Below are positions 1 to 11,825 of a DNA stretch of 34,471 nt, piece by piece. This stretch comes from Phoronis australis (Eukaryota > Animalia > Phoronida): NCBI GenBank assembly GCA_002633005.1, contig NMRA01000013.1, positions 1,493,219-1,527,689 on the forward strand, written 5' to 3'. Every line of letters starts with the position of its first letter. Position 1 is the stretch's first letter. The translations under genes and the position numbers were made by a program. The notes below the pieces were generated by a model. It was given only the letters and a program-made list of their open reading frames with translations. It had not been told where the DNA came from and did no database searches.

Positions 1-264
1 CCCCCCCCTCCGCGATCCCGATGCCACCATTTGTATCGAATCTCCCCAATCCGCTCTAAAGTGGGCGGCAATCCCAAGGATGCAGCCATCAAGAGTCGAG
101 TAACCGCGGTGAACCAAAAAGTTTTACGTTTTTTATCTGTGTAGTATGTACCAGAATCAGGGTAAGGAAACAACAAAATTCATTACCCAATACTACTGGA
201 AATTAAAAAGACACTAAGTTATTGCAATAAGTTGGAATTTATTTATTTAAGTAATTTTAAAATT

Positions 265-990
265 TTTTTTTCGATCTTCGGCTTATGAATTCAAACCACT
301 ATTCTAATTCCTAAGTCAACAAGCAATTTATTGTCCTTTTTAATTGTGAGAACATCATAGTACACTTTGTAGAGCTGTTCGACATTCATCAATATCCTTG
401 AGACTGTATTTCTGATAGAAAATATCGTTTAGCATACTTTGCTATTTGGGGTTGTGATGATCGAACTTTTGCAATATTTCAGGCTGCAACTAAGTTCACT
501 GAAGCATCGTCACTTCTTAAACAATTCGTTTGTAATTGTCAAAAATCATCTCCTTCAATCAGTCAATTGTAAATACATAAACAAGTAAATTTGAAATCAA
601 CAATCGATTCCATTAGCAATGCGTTTACCTTGATTTAGTGGCTCAATGCCTTTTTGATCTTCTGTTTGTGACTTTAAACGACAAATCTTGCGGCTACTGT
701 AATTCGAAAAAATGCATTTATTGCCCTTTGAATTCTTATTATGTTTTTGTGAACTGTGCGAATTCCATCATTGTCTTTAGAAGTTATTTTAGATAGTCAA
801 AAGCGTCTGAGTATACTTTACGATTTGGGGACCAGGTTATAGAGTTTTCCAACTTCAAGGTACAACTTCATTCACTGAAACGTCATCAATTCTTACAAGA
901 TCAGCTTCTAATTGTCAAAAATCATCCATGAATCTATCTCTTTTCGTACATACATAAACAAGTAAATCAGAAACCAACATATTTGTTTAT
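265..990. repeat. Diverged tandem duplication, unit about 385 bp, two copies
   Basis: Collinear shared blocks at an offset of about 370-390: GATCTTC, ATTTATTG.CCTTT, ATTTGGGG, TTCACTGAA, TAATTGTCAAAAATCATC, ATACATAAACAAGTAAAT. Confidence 0.7.
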
Positions 991-2384
991 CAAAATAGAA
1001 TTTTATAAGCAATTTCCGTAGGCATGCTGACAGATTTTTGACGGTGTATTTTTGCTCATTTCAGAGGAACCTTTAACGGTTCACTAGTTAAATTTGAACT
1101 TCACTGAGAAAAAAACCCCGCTGAAATGTTTGTTTATGATTGCGAGGGTTCTTTGAGTATCCCCGTTTGACATGTACTCGGTCATCACAAGTAGTAGCCT
1201 CCACAGTAGTGTTTTCCACAAACAACTTGTAGTTACCATCTTCAAAAGATATATTATTCTTGTGATATTATGGGAAATAGTAACATTATAATAACCATCG
1301 GAAATAGTCTTTTTGTGTAAATCACAAATACTGGTGTTCACGTTCTTCAAAATTCCACCCTTTCGATGGCGGTCAATCCTATTGTATTTTTCATGTTTCT
1401 TGGTTGTTTGGGTCGAATGTCTTGATACTGCTGTACTGTGCACGAACGTTGGGCGTTTTTGATGAATTTGGAATCTCAACTTCCCTCGTGAATACTTGTC
1501 GGATTTACATGTATGAAGGGACAAAGCACATTTACCCTCGAACTGCTCCACCGAGAGAAGTACCTGCCTGAAATGGGACATCTTTAGATGAAAGACTAAA
1601 AGCCATTAAGCTTAGAAAAGAGTGACGGTTCATTCCACCGCTGCAGGAAGTTACTTTCTTCAACATGAAAGTCGGTTGCACGATTTCACAAAAAAAAACA
1701 AATTAATGGTAATCGATTCCAAAATTGGGCTCTCTCTCCGTGAGCGACCCCTCAAGAATTTGTCAATAAAAACAACAAGGGTTGGCACTTGAATGTAATC
1801 AATGGCCTCCTTCAAGGGCGGGGCCCCTAAATATGAAAATATCTAAATTTTCAAAAATATGGAAATGCGCAGCAATTGATGTTTTCTGTCAGGTCATCAA
1901 TTTTCTTAGGTGTTATAGGCCTCCAATTTCGAGAACAAAAATAAAGCTACTGTTGCCTCCGTTATTACTTGCAAGAGAAGGGCCTCTGAAAATATATGGT
2001 TTTACATTCGCAAAATTACTTATTGAATTTAAAAATCCAGTAAATTAATACTCTCTGCCAAACCTTCGCTTTAATAATTTTCTCAATCTTTCGAAATATA
2101 TGTATGAATGGTGACGCCCACGTTTTCAAGTGCCTTTAGACGACCTGTACTGCAAAAGCGGAGACCTTAACAACAATTTCATGGCCATGATCCCAAAAGG
2201 TGAACCATGCACTGATACAGAGTTGTTAAATATTCTCTTGAATTTTCTCTCTTGTCCCTATTTAGCAGCATTTCTTTTCTCGACTGTTCCCGCCCAACGC
2301 CTGGTTGCCTCGGTTTAACCCTGACGCCTAAAAATTTTTGAGAAATGAGGTACGTGCCCCTCACGGCCTCCCTGCTCCCTATAC

Positions 2385-3140
2385 GGCCCTGTCATTGTAG
2401 CATAAATAATGTCTCCGTGAAAAAATGCCCCATAATTACGCCGGTAGATCGTGGGTCATGCAATCAGAGGATACGGTGGAGGGGAGACCTAGTTACGAAT
2501 GGGTGTGTGTGTGGAGGGTGGGGGAATGGACTCGTCTAAATCAAAGGGATATTTAAAAGACGTTTTGTCGTTATCCCGCTTATTACATAACATACAACTA
2601 TGTATATCGCCTTAATTGTAGCATACATTATCAATGTCTCCGTGAAAAAAATACCCACAGCGTCGGTAATACCGGTGGTCGTGCAATCAGCGGATACGGA
2701 GCTAGGAGGGAGACCTAGTAATTAAGCAGTGGGCGTATGTATAATATGTGGGGGTGGGGCAAGGTTGGATTCATCTAAATTAAAGGTAATTTTAAAGAAC
2801 TTCTTTCGTTTGGCCGTTTTAATCCACCACTTTTGACTCACCGTTTCGTGAAAAAAGTCATCATTTGAGAAAATACTTGACAAAATATGTTCGCCTGCAC
2901 CAAGCGTTTTCCATCAATCCAATATATCGTCGAACGAACTCACGTTTGCAAGAGGACGAATATTACATTCTCGTGAACGAAAACATACTTACGTTCGTGA
3001 GAAGACAAATATTTACTTCTTGCGAACGCAAAAGAAATGATGTTCGCGAGAGGACTAAAATTGTCTTCTCCCGAACGCAAACTAACTCACGTTCGCGAGA
3101 GAAAAAAATGACCCCCAAGAAAACGCGAGACTTCCGCTAA
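2385..3140 (+). repeat. Complex satellite-like repeat array, forward copy
   Basis: Internal repeats of GTAGCATA.AT.AT...TGTCTCCGTGAAAAAA and GGATACGG..GGAGGGGAGACCTAG, plus a CGAACGCAAA/GTTCGCGAGAG block. The same blocks occur reverse-complemented at 5340-6100. Confidence 0.7.
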
Positions 3141-3379
3141 TTAGGTAAAAAAATCACTAGGCCTGTCGTTCAGCATTTTGGTGAAAAATCTAGCGTGCGC
3201 GTGAAGGGGCGTGCAACCACTGAGGGAGGGGAGGTGATCTGAGTTGATTGGCAATTAGACTACCAGCGGAAAGGTGTCACCTGGGGGAGGGGTGAGGATT
3301 TCACAGCCAACGACAAGAGGAGGGGGTGCCAATGGAGGTGTCAACCAAGGATGTCAAATATACAACTTTTATGTGCTTG

Positions 3380-3522
3380 GGCGGCGCAGCACTGAAAAAA
3401 AGTGGGGGGGCTAAAGTCCCCTCAGCCCCCTGTGGTGCATCGCCTATAGACCATGTGCGGTGTAGCACTGAAAAAAGTGCGGGGGGTTGTAGCCCCGCAG
3501 CCCCCTATGGTTCGCCACCCAT
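3380..3522. repeat. GC-rich dimeric repeat (AGCACTGAAAAAA..GGGGGG..CAGCCCCCT), probable MITE end
   Basis: Two copies about 76 bp apart, ending GCCACCCATG. The MITE assignment is inference. Confidence 0.45.
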
Positions 3523-5339
3523 GATGTGACGAACAAAACTTGATTAAAAAGTTTACACAGGCTCAGCGTTATGCTCATGGAGACTTATAAGAGTACGAGC
3601 TGTGATACAGTTCTTGCTGCGCCTTTTGAATTCGAGAGACTTCTATAAGTAGTTTCAAGTTGTTCTCTAAAAGAATATTTGATGGAGAGTTATACTTTGA
3701 TGTGGGTTTCACTGTGAGCTGAGTAAAATATTAAAGTTCGTATCGTATCAATTCTATTATTAATTTGAACCATTTTGACACGGCGTTTACCACCAAAATT
3801 TAACGAATTTCATTATCATATACCAGTTTAGTCCAAGTAACCAGACTGTCCAATTCTTCAAAGGAGATCTCTTGCACTTTGACACCACTGGTATTCAATA
3901 AGCCGGCGGCAGCAGGTCTGATCAGTGCGCAAGCAAAGAAATAATATGTTTGTGAGAGGCGAGATGTCCGGTGCGGGATTGAGCGGCCCGCCATGAGTTT
4001 TGTGGACCCTGAAAGGGTGCACAGTCAGGAAACACTTTGTGATTGAGCGAAGTGGCACAAGAGTAAGGAACTTTGTGCGAGGGTCTACGGTATATGGCGC
4101 TTGCGGGCGTTGAATAATATTTAACGCAGGATTGGTCTCATTTAGAGTAATGACTGTAAGGAATATCTTCGTGAGCTTGAAAAATGTCTGGGACCTCGAA
4201 ACATGTTGGTGAATACGCATTTGTCCCAATAAAAGTCATTTACGGAACCTTCTTTTATCCCTTCTGCAAGTTTTGTAGACACATCCAAATTATTAAAATG
4301 TTCCCGTACCAACAGCAAATTCGCGCTTTGAACATTTGATTATACGAAAGATTCGTTGTCCCTCAGTAGTACGGGAATTTGCAGTATTTAAAATTGTTTA
4401 TTTTTGTTTCTTCCAGTCAACACCGACTTCAAAAGGACACAAGAGCTTAAGAGGGCAAAGGAACTAGATAATGGACGATGAGCATGGATTTACATTATTT
4501 TGTCATAAGAGCAGATGAGCAAGCAGAAATAAGGGACAGAAATTGAAATTTTCATTCAAACATTTTCCAAAATTTGATGTAATTCGTGCTTTTAGCATCA
4601 TCACGACTTTTTTGATTGCCTTTCTTCTTTACTAAATTATTATTCAAACTTCATTTGAGTTTTCTTTGCAGGCAGGACTCCCGTCGAAATTCATACAGCA
4701 TTTCACATTCTCGTGATCTGTAACGCGGGTCTTCTGAAATACGTAGACTTATCTGAAGAAAATATATCGACACAAATATGAAGGCGCTCTTCGTGTTGGC
4801 AAGGTGACCCAACCTTCTACAAAGTATAACTAATAAGTATTGTAAAAATAACCTCTTATGCTTTCGCGAACAAATATATAACAAGCCTCTATGTTACTAA
4901 CAAGAATACTCACACGAACTGTACCTCGAATAGCATACATATATGGGTTATCCCACATACACAGGAATACTACTACCAAATATTATTGAGAATTCCTTTC
5001 ATCTGACTATGTCCCAACGGAACCAAAGCGGTAGTATTCCAATGTATGTAGGATAACCTATTTCTCCCGTATATGTGAACTTATTTATATCATGGGGCAA
5101 TAGTTTATAGCCGTGTTCTCCGGCATGCTGTTCGTATGACAACATATACTTGTATATGTCAAGCTGGTATCCAAGCGACACGATTTTTTGTGAAAGTTTC
5201 GAATAACCAGTCAAGTTTTATTTTAAAATAAATTAATAAGATTGTCAAATATACGAGTTATAGCACTGGACCATTCAATAATATCAAACGTTTTTCGTAA
5301 ACTTAGAAACAATTCATCCAGTTCAGCAGTGCGTCNCGG

Positions 5340-6100
5340 CGGCGCTAAAATGCGTCATTTTTTCACGGAGTCGGCCTGGCACAGTAAAATATGACGTCAT
5401 TAGCAGGCGAAACGACAAAACCTTTTTTAAAAGTCTCTTTTATAGCTATAAAGTTGGAGTTTTGCGTTTACTCATTGGGTTCATTTTTGGCCTCTTGCGA
5501 ACGCAAGTTAGTTGGCGTTTGCGAGAAGACAATATTTGTTTTCTCGCGAACTTGAATTTGTTTGCGTTCGTAAGAAGATAATATTTGTCCCAGCGGGCAA
5601 ACTGGCAAAACGACATTAGATGAGTCCCAAATCCCCCCTCACATCCCCATCCCTCCCCCACACACGCTCTCCCATATAGTCCCCATCTCTGTATCCGCTA
5701 GTTGCACAACCACCGATATTCCCGGCGCTGTTGCCACACTCGATCGATTGTTATGGATATGACGTAATTAGCGTGCGAAAATTACGACAAAACGTCGTTT
5801 TACCTTCCCTTTTGAATCCAACCCCAACCCCCGCAAATGCACCCACACCTACAGCTATATTCCCCCAATCCGTATCCGCAGGAATTCGGGTCATTTTTTC
5901 ACGGAGTCATTATTTATGCTACCCTGGCATAGTGGAGTATGACGTCATCAGCGGGTGAAAAGACAAAACCTTATTTAAAAATCTCTTCTAACCAAGTTGG
6001 AGTTTTGCGTTTTCTCATTTGGTTCATTTTTGGCCTCTTGCGAACGTTAGTTAGTTTGCATTTGCGAGAAGACAACACGTGTTCTCTCGCGAACGTGACC
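5340..6100 (-). repeat. Complex satellite-like repeat array, inverted relative to 2385-3140
   Basis: CATTTTTTCACGGAGTCATTATTTATGCTAC near 5892 is the reverse complement, with one mismatch, of GTAGCATAAATAATGTCTCCGTGAAAAAATG near 2397. 5452-5590 matches 3003-3138 inverted. Internal period is about 540 bp (5452 vs 5994). Confidence 0.7.
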
Positions 6101-6109
6101 CCGGTCGCG

Positions 6110-9002
6110 AAATGCTAACAACCCAGCATCAGTTATCTCTCTGTGTTTTATTGCTTTGGCCTTACAAAACTTGATCGATCCTGGGACATTTTGATACATT
6201 GTTCAAGCTACCCCTGGAGCGTGTGTTTGAGTAAATCTGAACAATGAATATTTCCGAAATTATATCCCAAAAATGCACAAAAAAGTGGATTAGTGAAGTA
6301 TGCTATTTTTAAGATACATTTGAAAAAAGAAGCCACTCACTCACTGTTTGCTATCATATTGTGAATACCAACACGTCTGGGTATTCGTTTTGACGTTCGT
6401 AAGCAGACGAACGCTGGAAACTTCAACGCCAGATGTCGTGGGACCACGCAGAAGAGGAAATAAGATCATTCACGACTTTAGGGCACTCACGACTTTAGGA
6501 TCTCTGACGGTATAGTCGGGGATACCTATCATCAGGTTCCCATGGACGTCCGCCATCTTCTTTCGCGTGCAGCGCAGCCATGCGGGACTTACCGTTCCAA
6601 ACTGGAGTGCTCGTCTGAACGTTAGGTGCTAACCTCTCGGGAGAAACACGCATGGAAGAACTGAGACCAAAAACGTTGCATTTACCGACTGGTTTTTGAG
6701 ACCACTGAAAAACTTGTAGATTTTACTAATGCACTTTTTTGTTCATTTTCAAAAGATATTTTCGAAATTAAATTTTCTTCAGACGGAACAAAAAACAACC
6801 CATGGATTGTTCATGCAATGTATCTATTTGTCCCACTTCCAGGCACTAACCGACACCTGTTAGGCCAAAGGAAAAATGCAGCAGACAAATGCAACGCGCT
6901 AGGTGCTTAACAATTTCGGCCCACGAAACGGTCATCAAAATATTGTACACTTGGTTTTTATTGCAAAACACAGTATTGAGCTCAACATTTATGTTGAAAT
7001 TTTTGGTTCAAGCATTTTGGATTTACTTGAAGAAAACTAAAATACTTGAATTGATGGAGAGTGGCCACCAATAAAGTAAATCGTTTTGTCTTTATTTCAC
7101 AATATTGCATTGTTACATACAACACAGCATGACATAATTAAAAATAAAAGAAGAGATTGAGCAATAAAATGCAAATGAAACTNNNNNNNNNNNNNNNNNN
7201 NNNNNNNNNNNNNNNNNNNNNNNNNNNNNNNNNNNNNNNNNNNNNNNNNNAAAAAATGAAAATGTTGATTTCACGATTTTGGGAACTGAAATAGGGACTG
7301 CTTGAAGAAAAAGTTTCATAACGGGAGTATTTGTTCGAGTTGGAAGGAATTAAACACATCGACAACCTCCTAAGGTGTTCCTCTATGCGCAAAAGGTATT
7401 TATAACAACGTGACTTTGATGGTTTAGTCGGTGCAAGACATTATTCGCCGAAAAGCTTCCGGCGTACAGAGCGCCTATAGGAGCTGCATCGCCTCTGGTT
7501 CTGGCCAACAGAGGTGATGGTCATTGCCTAGGTAAATTTGTGAATATAAGCATAATAAGCAGCTGATCGTCATACTACCCATTGTCCGTTAGCAACTGAT
7601 CATGTGATGTCATGGACATATATCAGCCTTTACAAGTATACGTGTTTTGACAATCTTAATCCTTGTTTGTCTCCGGTAAGCAGAGTATTGAAACAGTCGC
7701 TGATATCGCCGAGCCATTTTGAATGAGGCCCTAAAGTCGTTACCGTTTCGTTTAGACGGAAATGCACGAATTAAGACCACACAGGTCAACTACAGTGCTT
7801 ACAGTTACTCTACAGGACATAAGAATGCATTGCATTGTTTATTAATTCAGTTTCAATTGAAATAAATTGTTGTATGTTTTGCACCCAACTTTGATGTGCA
7901 CAGACGTTTTCAATGAGGTTGTTCACGTAAAATGCTAACAACCCAGCATCAATTATCTCTCTGTGTTTTATTGCTTTGGCCTTACAAAACTTGATCGATC
8001 CTGGGACATTTTGATACATTGTTCAAGCTACCCCTGGAGCGTATGTTTGAGTAAATCTGAACAATGAATATTTTCGAAAATATATCCCAAAAATGCACAA
8101 AAAAGTGGATTAGTGAAATATGCTATTTTTAAGATACATTTGAAAAGAGAAGCCACTCACTCACTGTTTGCTATCATATTGTGAATACCAACACGTCTGG
8201 GTATTCGTTTTGGCGTTCGTAAGCAGACGAACGCTGGAAACTTCAACGCCAGATGTCTTGGGACCACGCAGAAGAGGAAATAAGATCGTTCACGACTTTA
8301 GGGCACTCACGACTTTAGGATCTCTGACGGTATAGTCGGGGATACCTATCATCAGGTTCCAATGGACGTCCGCCATCTTCTTTCGCGTGCAGCGCAGCCA
8401 TGCGGGACTTACCGTTCCAAACTAGAGTGCTCGTCTGAACGTTAGGTACTAACCTCTCGGGAGAAACACGCATGGAAGAACTGAGACCAAAAACGATGCA
8501 TTTACCGACTGGTTTTTGAGACCACTGAAAAACTTGTAGATTTTACTAATGCACTTTTTTGTTCATTTTCAAAAGATATTTTCGAAATTAAATTTTCTTC
8601 AGACGGAACAAAAAACAACCCATGGATTGTTCATGCAATGTATCTATTTGTCCCACTTCCAGGCACTAACCGACACCTGTTAGGCCAAAGGAAAAATGCA
8701 GCAGACAAATGCAACGCGCTAGGTGCTTAACAATTTCGGCCCACGAAACGGTCATCAAAATATTGTACACTTGGTTTTTATTGCAAAACACAGTATTGAG
8801 CTCAACATTTATGTTGAAATTTTTGGTTCAAGCATTTTGGATTTACTTGAAGAAAACTAAAATACTTGAATTGATGGAGAGTGGCCACCAATAAAGTAAA
8901 TCGTTTTGTCTTTATTTCACAATATTGCATTGTTACATACAACACAGCATGACATAATTAAAAATAAAAGAAGAGATTGAGCAATAAAATGCAAATGAAA
9001 CT
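6110..9002 (+). repeat. Near-identical direct duplication 6110-7182 / 7930-9002 across an N gap
   Basis: Offset is 1820 with only scattered substitutions. Copy 1 ends exactly at the N run 7183-7250. The identical 61-aa ORF appears twice. Confidence 0.95.
7251..8332. mobile_element. Right end of a pogo/Tigger-like DNA transposon; the duplicate end is at 6512
   Basis: Terminus TCACGACTTTAGG x2 + ATCTCTGACGG|TA, i.e. TA|CCGT on the minus strand, typical of pogo-type TIRs with a TA target site. An inverted CCTAAAGTCGT occurs near 7730. The left end is not seen. Confidence 0.45.
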
Positions 9003-9777
9003 TGGGTATTTATTTATTTCTTTATGATTGCAAAAGTCTGTTAAAGGTGGGAAAAAAATCAAACAAAAGATATTGGGTAATTTATTAGAACAACTACATC
9101 GAGGTTCAATGATCAACTTCTGCCAAGTCTCAAAGGGTTACAGTTCTGTTTTGGCTGACAAGGTGTTAACAGAGAATGAAGAAAAACTGAAAAGAAAAAG
9201 AAAGACAGCAGAGATAAGTGGTATTAAGAACAACAAGAGCAAAAAGTCAAATAAAGAGGTCACAAATAGAAAATAAGTAAGATCTATCTGGAACAAACAA
9301 AAATCGCGAATTATTTTCCAGAACTGAAATTCTGACTCAATTTTAATCGATTTAAAAATCGATGTCATACCAGTAAAACAGTTTGTGGTTGAACTAGAAT
9401 TTTTGTAAACCACTTTCCACTATTGTCTTGGTTTTTTCTGCGTAGTTTTCTGTTCTTTCAAAAGGCGGCAGCATATGATGACCATAGGCGTCATTATAAA
9501 ATGGCTGCCGAAAAGCAATGCACAGTTGAAACAACTCGACATAAATAAAAGAAAACTTTATTTGAATCGATGAATACTATATATTTGTGAGAGTTAAATG
9601 AAATCCTATTCAGAGCATAATTTTGGAGTGGAATAATTGGGTGAGTATGACAACAAGTCGGTTTTATGCTTAGGTGGACGATCATTTTGTTCCTGAGTGT
9701 ACCTTTTGTGCATAGAGTAGAGAGCTTTCTTCGGCGAAACTTGCGTATAAGCAGCCAATGAGATTGCGTATAAAACA

Positions 9778-10434
9778 ATGGTTCGACCCACCTTGGAATA
9801 TGCCTTTACTGTTTGGGACCCTTATTCCCATAAAGACATTGCAGCTGAGAAAGTACAGAAGAGAGCTACTCGCTGGGTCACGAAACGGTTCAATCATCTA
9901 TTTGTTGGTTCAATGTTAGAAACCTTAAACTGGCCCACCCTCAGCCACAGATGTAAAACCTGTCGGCTGAAAGTGTTTTACAAATATGATAAGAAGTCGG
10001 TGATCATCAACTCTGATATTGCCCCTATTGCAGATCTTGCTGTCTCGAGCATCTGTACTAGAAGGTTATCCAATTATAGTATTCCAATAAATAGGACTGA
10101 TTACAGGAAAAAGACATTCTTTCCTAGAACAGTCGTGGACTGGAATAGCTTGCCAGGCTATATTACATCAGTCCCTTCTCTTGTTATCTTTGTCAACAAG
10201 CTATCGGCCTTTCTGAAGTAACATAGTGGGCTGCCTCCATTTGGGGCACCCACTTACTGACTGCCTTATCTGTTAACGATCTAGCTATGTTAACGGACCT
10301 CTGAAGTGACCTCCACTATGTATATAAATCCTTTTAAACCTGTTATAGTTGTTCTCCTTTTTGTTAATCTTCATTGTTATACAGTGACATAATACTCTGG
10401 AGAGAGTGTGGTCACTTAAACCAAGAAGAAGAAG
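9778..10434 (+). mobile_element. 5'-truncated non-LTR retrotransposon (CR1/L2 group): ORF2 C-terminal fragment, 3'UTR and (GAA)n tail
   Basis: ORF 9778-10221 carries VRPTLEYAFTVWDPY, EKVQKRATRWV, LNWPTL and FFPRTVVDWNSLP, hallmark post-RT motifs of this group. Terminal stem-loop AGTGAC..GTCACT at 10383-10416 is followed by an AAGAAGAAGAAG tail. Confidence 0.9.
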
Positions 10435-11709
10435 GAGGAACATCTTGGGAGGCCGACGATGCCTTTAATTTCTTCCAACCGTAACAAATACTAAGTACTC
10501 TAGTAATCAAACTTTTTCTTCTTGCAGTTCTTCGTTCAGTTGCCCAAATTGTGTGCTCCTGGCAGGCGCTGTAAAAATAGGGGTTTGTGCAGTGTAAAAT
10601 TGGCCAGTAGCCGATTTGGGATACTGATCGAAGTTGAAAAACTGCTCGAAGAAAAACCTTGATTACGAGAGTATCTTTTGTGTTGGAAGGAATTAGAAAT
10701 TAAAGACACCAACAGAAAGTGTCGACTATTGCACTAGGTCTGATTTACTTTTAGACTGTCCTTATTTATCTTAATGTTGTTCAGACATTTGCCTGAACAG
10801 AGACCTGTGTGAAAAATTAGCCTGTGTGAAAATTTGGGGACCACTGGAAAGACACCTCACCAATAGATCTGGCACTAACAACACAATAGTCCATATTCCT
10901 CTCATGGTGAAACATGTGGTGCTTCAAATGTCCCATAATAATGTTGTGGCCCACTCAATCAGTGAGATGCTTTTTGCCATGATTTGCTATTGACCAAAAA
11001 AGATTACAATCTAGGTGTCAAATACTTGGGAACAAGAGATCTAAGGAATTTCGTTTTATAACAAAACTTCCTGGGTGCATCTAGATAGTTTGATTGTAAC
11101 TCTTTAGTTCCTGACATAGTTCTTGTAATCTTAATTTTGCATCTGAACAAAACTTTGTTACATTTTTAAGCTGTCACCTTGATGTTGCAGGGACACCTAG
11201 TGGCTGAATTTGGATAACTTTCTTGTGTTAGATCTTCTGATGTGGAAAACACTGTTATTAAAGGAGCATGCCACCCAAAAAACAACCTAATTTGTATCAA
11301 TTTAGATCGAGTAGTTCTACTCGATAACGGCACGTACAGTTGCGTTACCTGACACCTGACGGCAGACGGAGGTGTTGAAATTATCCAGTGACGTAACTGG
11401 TTTCACATGGCGTCTGTTCAGCAGTTCACAACACGGGTTACTGGTGTCAGCTTATGGCTTGAATTCATCGTTTAGCACCAATAAATCACCAAACTTCGAT
11501 GTAAAAACATTAAAAATACACCTGAGTTCTTTTAAAAACGTGTTCTTTTATTTCGCTGTTACGGATTTATTGGTATTTGGACACGCCGTAGCTTGGGGTC
11601 TGTTGGGAGATAAATTCGAACTATTTTTCCATGAGATAAATACAGAAGAAACTAGATTTGTGTTGATTAGACTTGGTTTTTTTTTAGTTCTAAACACACA
11701 AAATGTTTG

Positions 11710-11825
11710 TTATCCTGGCCAGTGGCTCGGAGCCCGATCAGGCCCGTTGCGGGAGGACTGACTCGTTATCCCGGCCAGTGGCTCGGAAACCGATCAGGCT
11801 GGTAGCGACTGGCGGGACTGAAATC
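11710..11825. repeat. GC-rich dimer, unit about 55 bp, inside the Kolobok element
   Basis: GTTATCCYGGCCAGTGGCTCGGA..CCGATCAGGC...GGACTGA occurs twice. Confidence 0.8.

Noticed and set aside
1084-1581. Longest ORF in the window (165 aa, minus strand)
   Set aside because: No recognisable domain or splice context; it sits in repeat-like DNA and is plausibly chance.
6750-6786. Minus-strand CTGAAGA...CGAAAATATC hammerhead-like spacing
   Set aside because: Stems I and III cannot pair; an AT-rich chance match.
6889-8894. Duplicated 61-aa ORF (and the duplicated 73/74-aa ORFs at 14175/15087) as paralogous genes
   Set aside because: Identity results from the DNA duplications; no coding signatures.
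9028-9276. Lys-rich 82-aa ORF
   Set aside because: Its composition is explained by A-rich low-complexity sequence, it has a non-ATG start, and no family is recognised.
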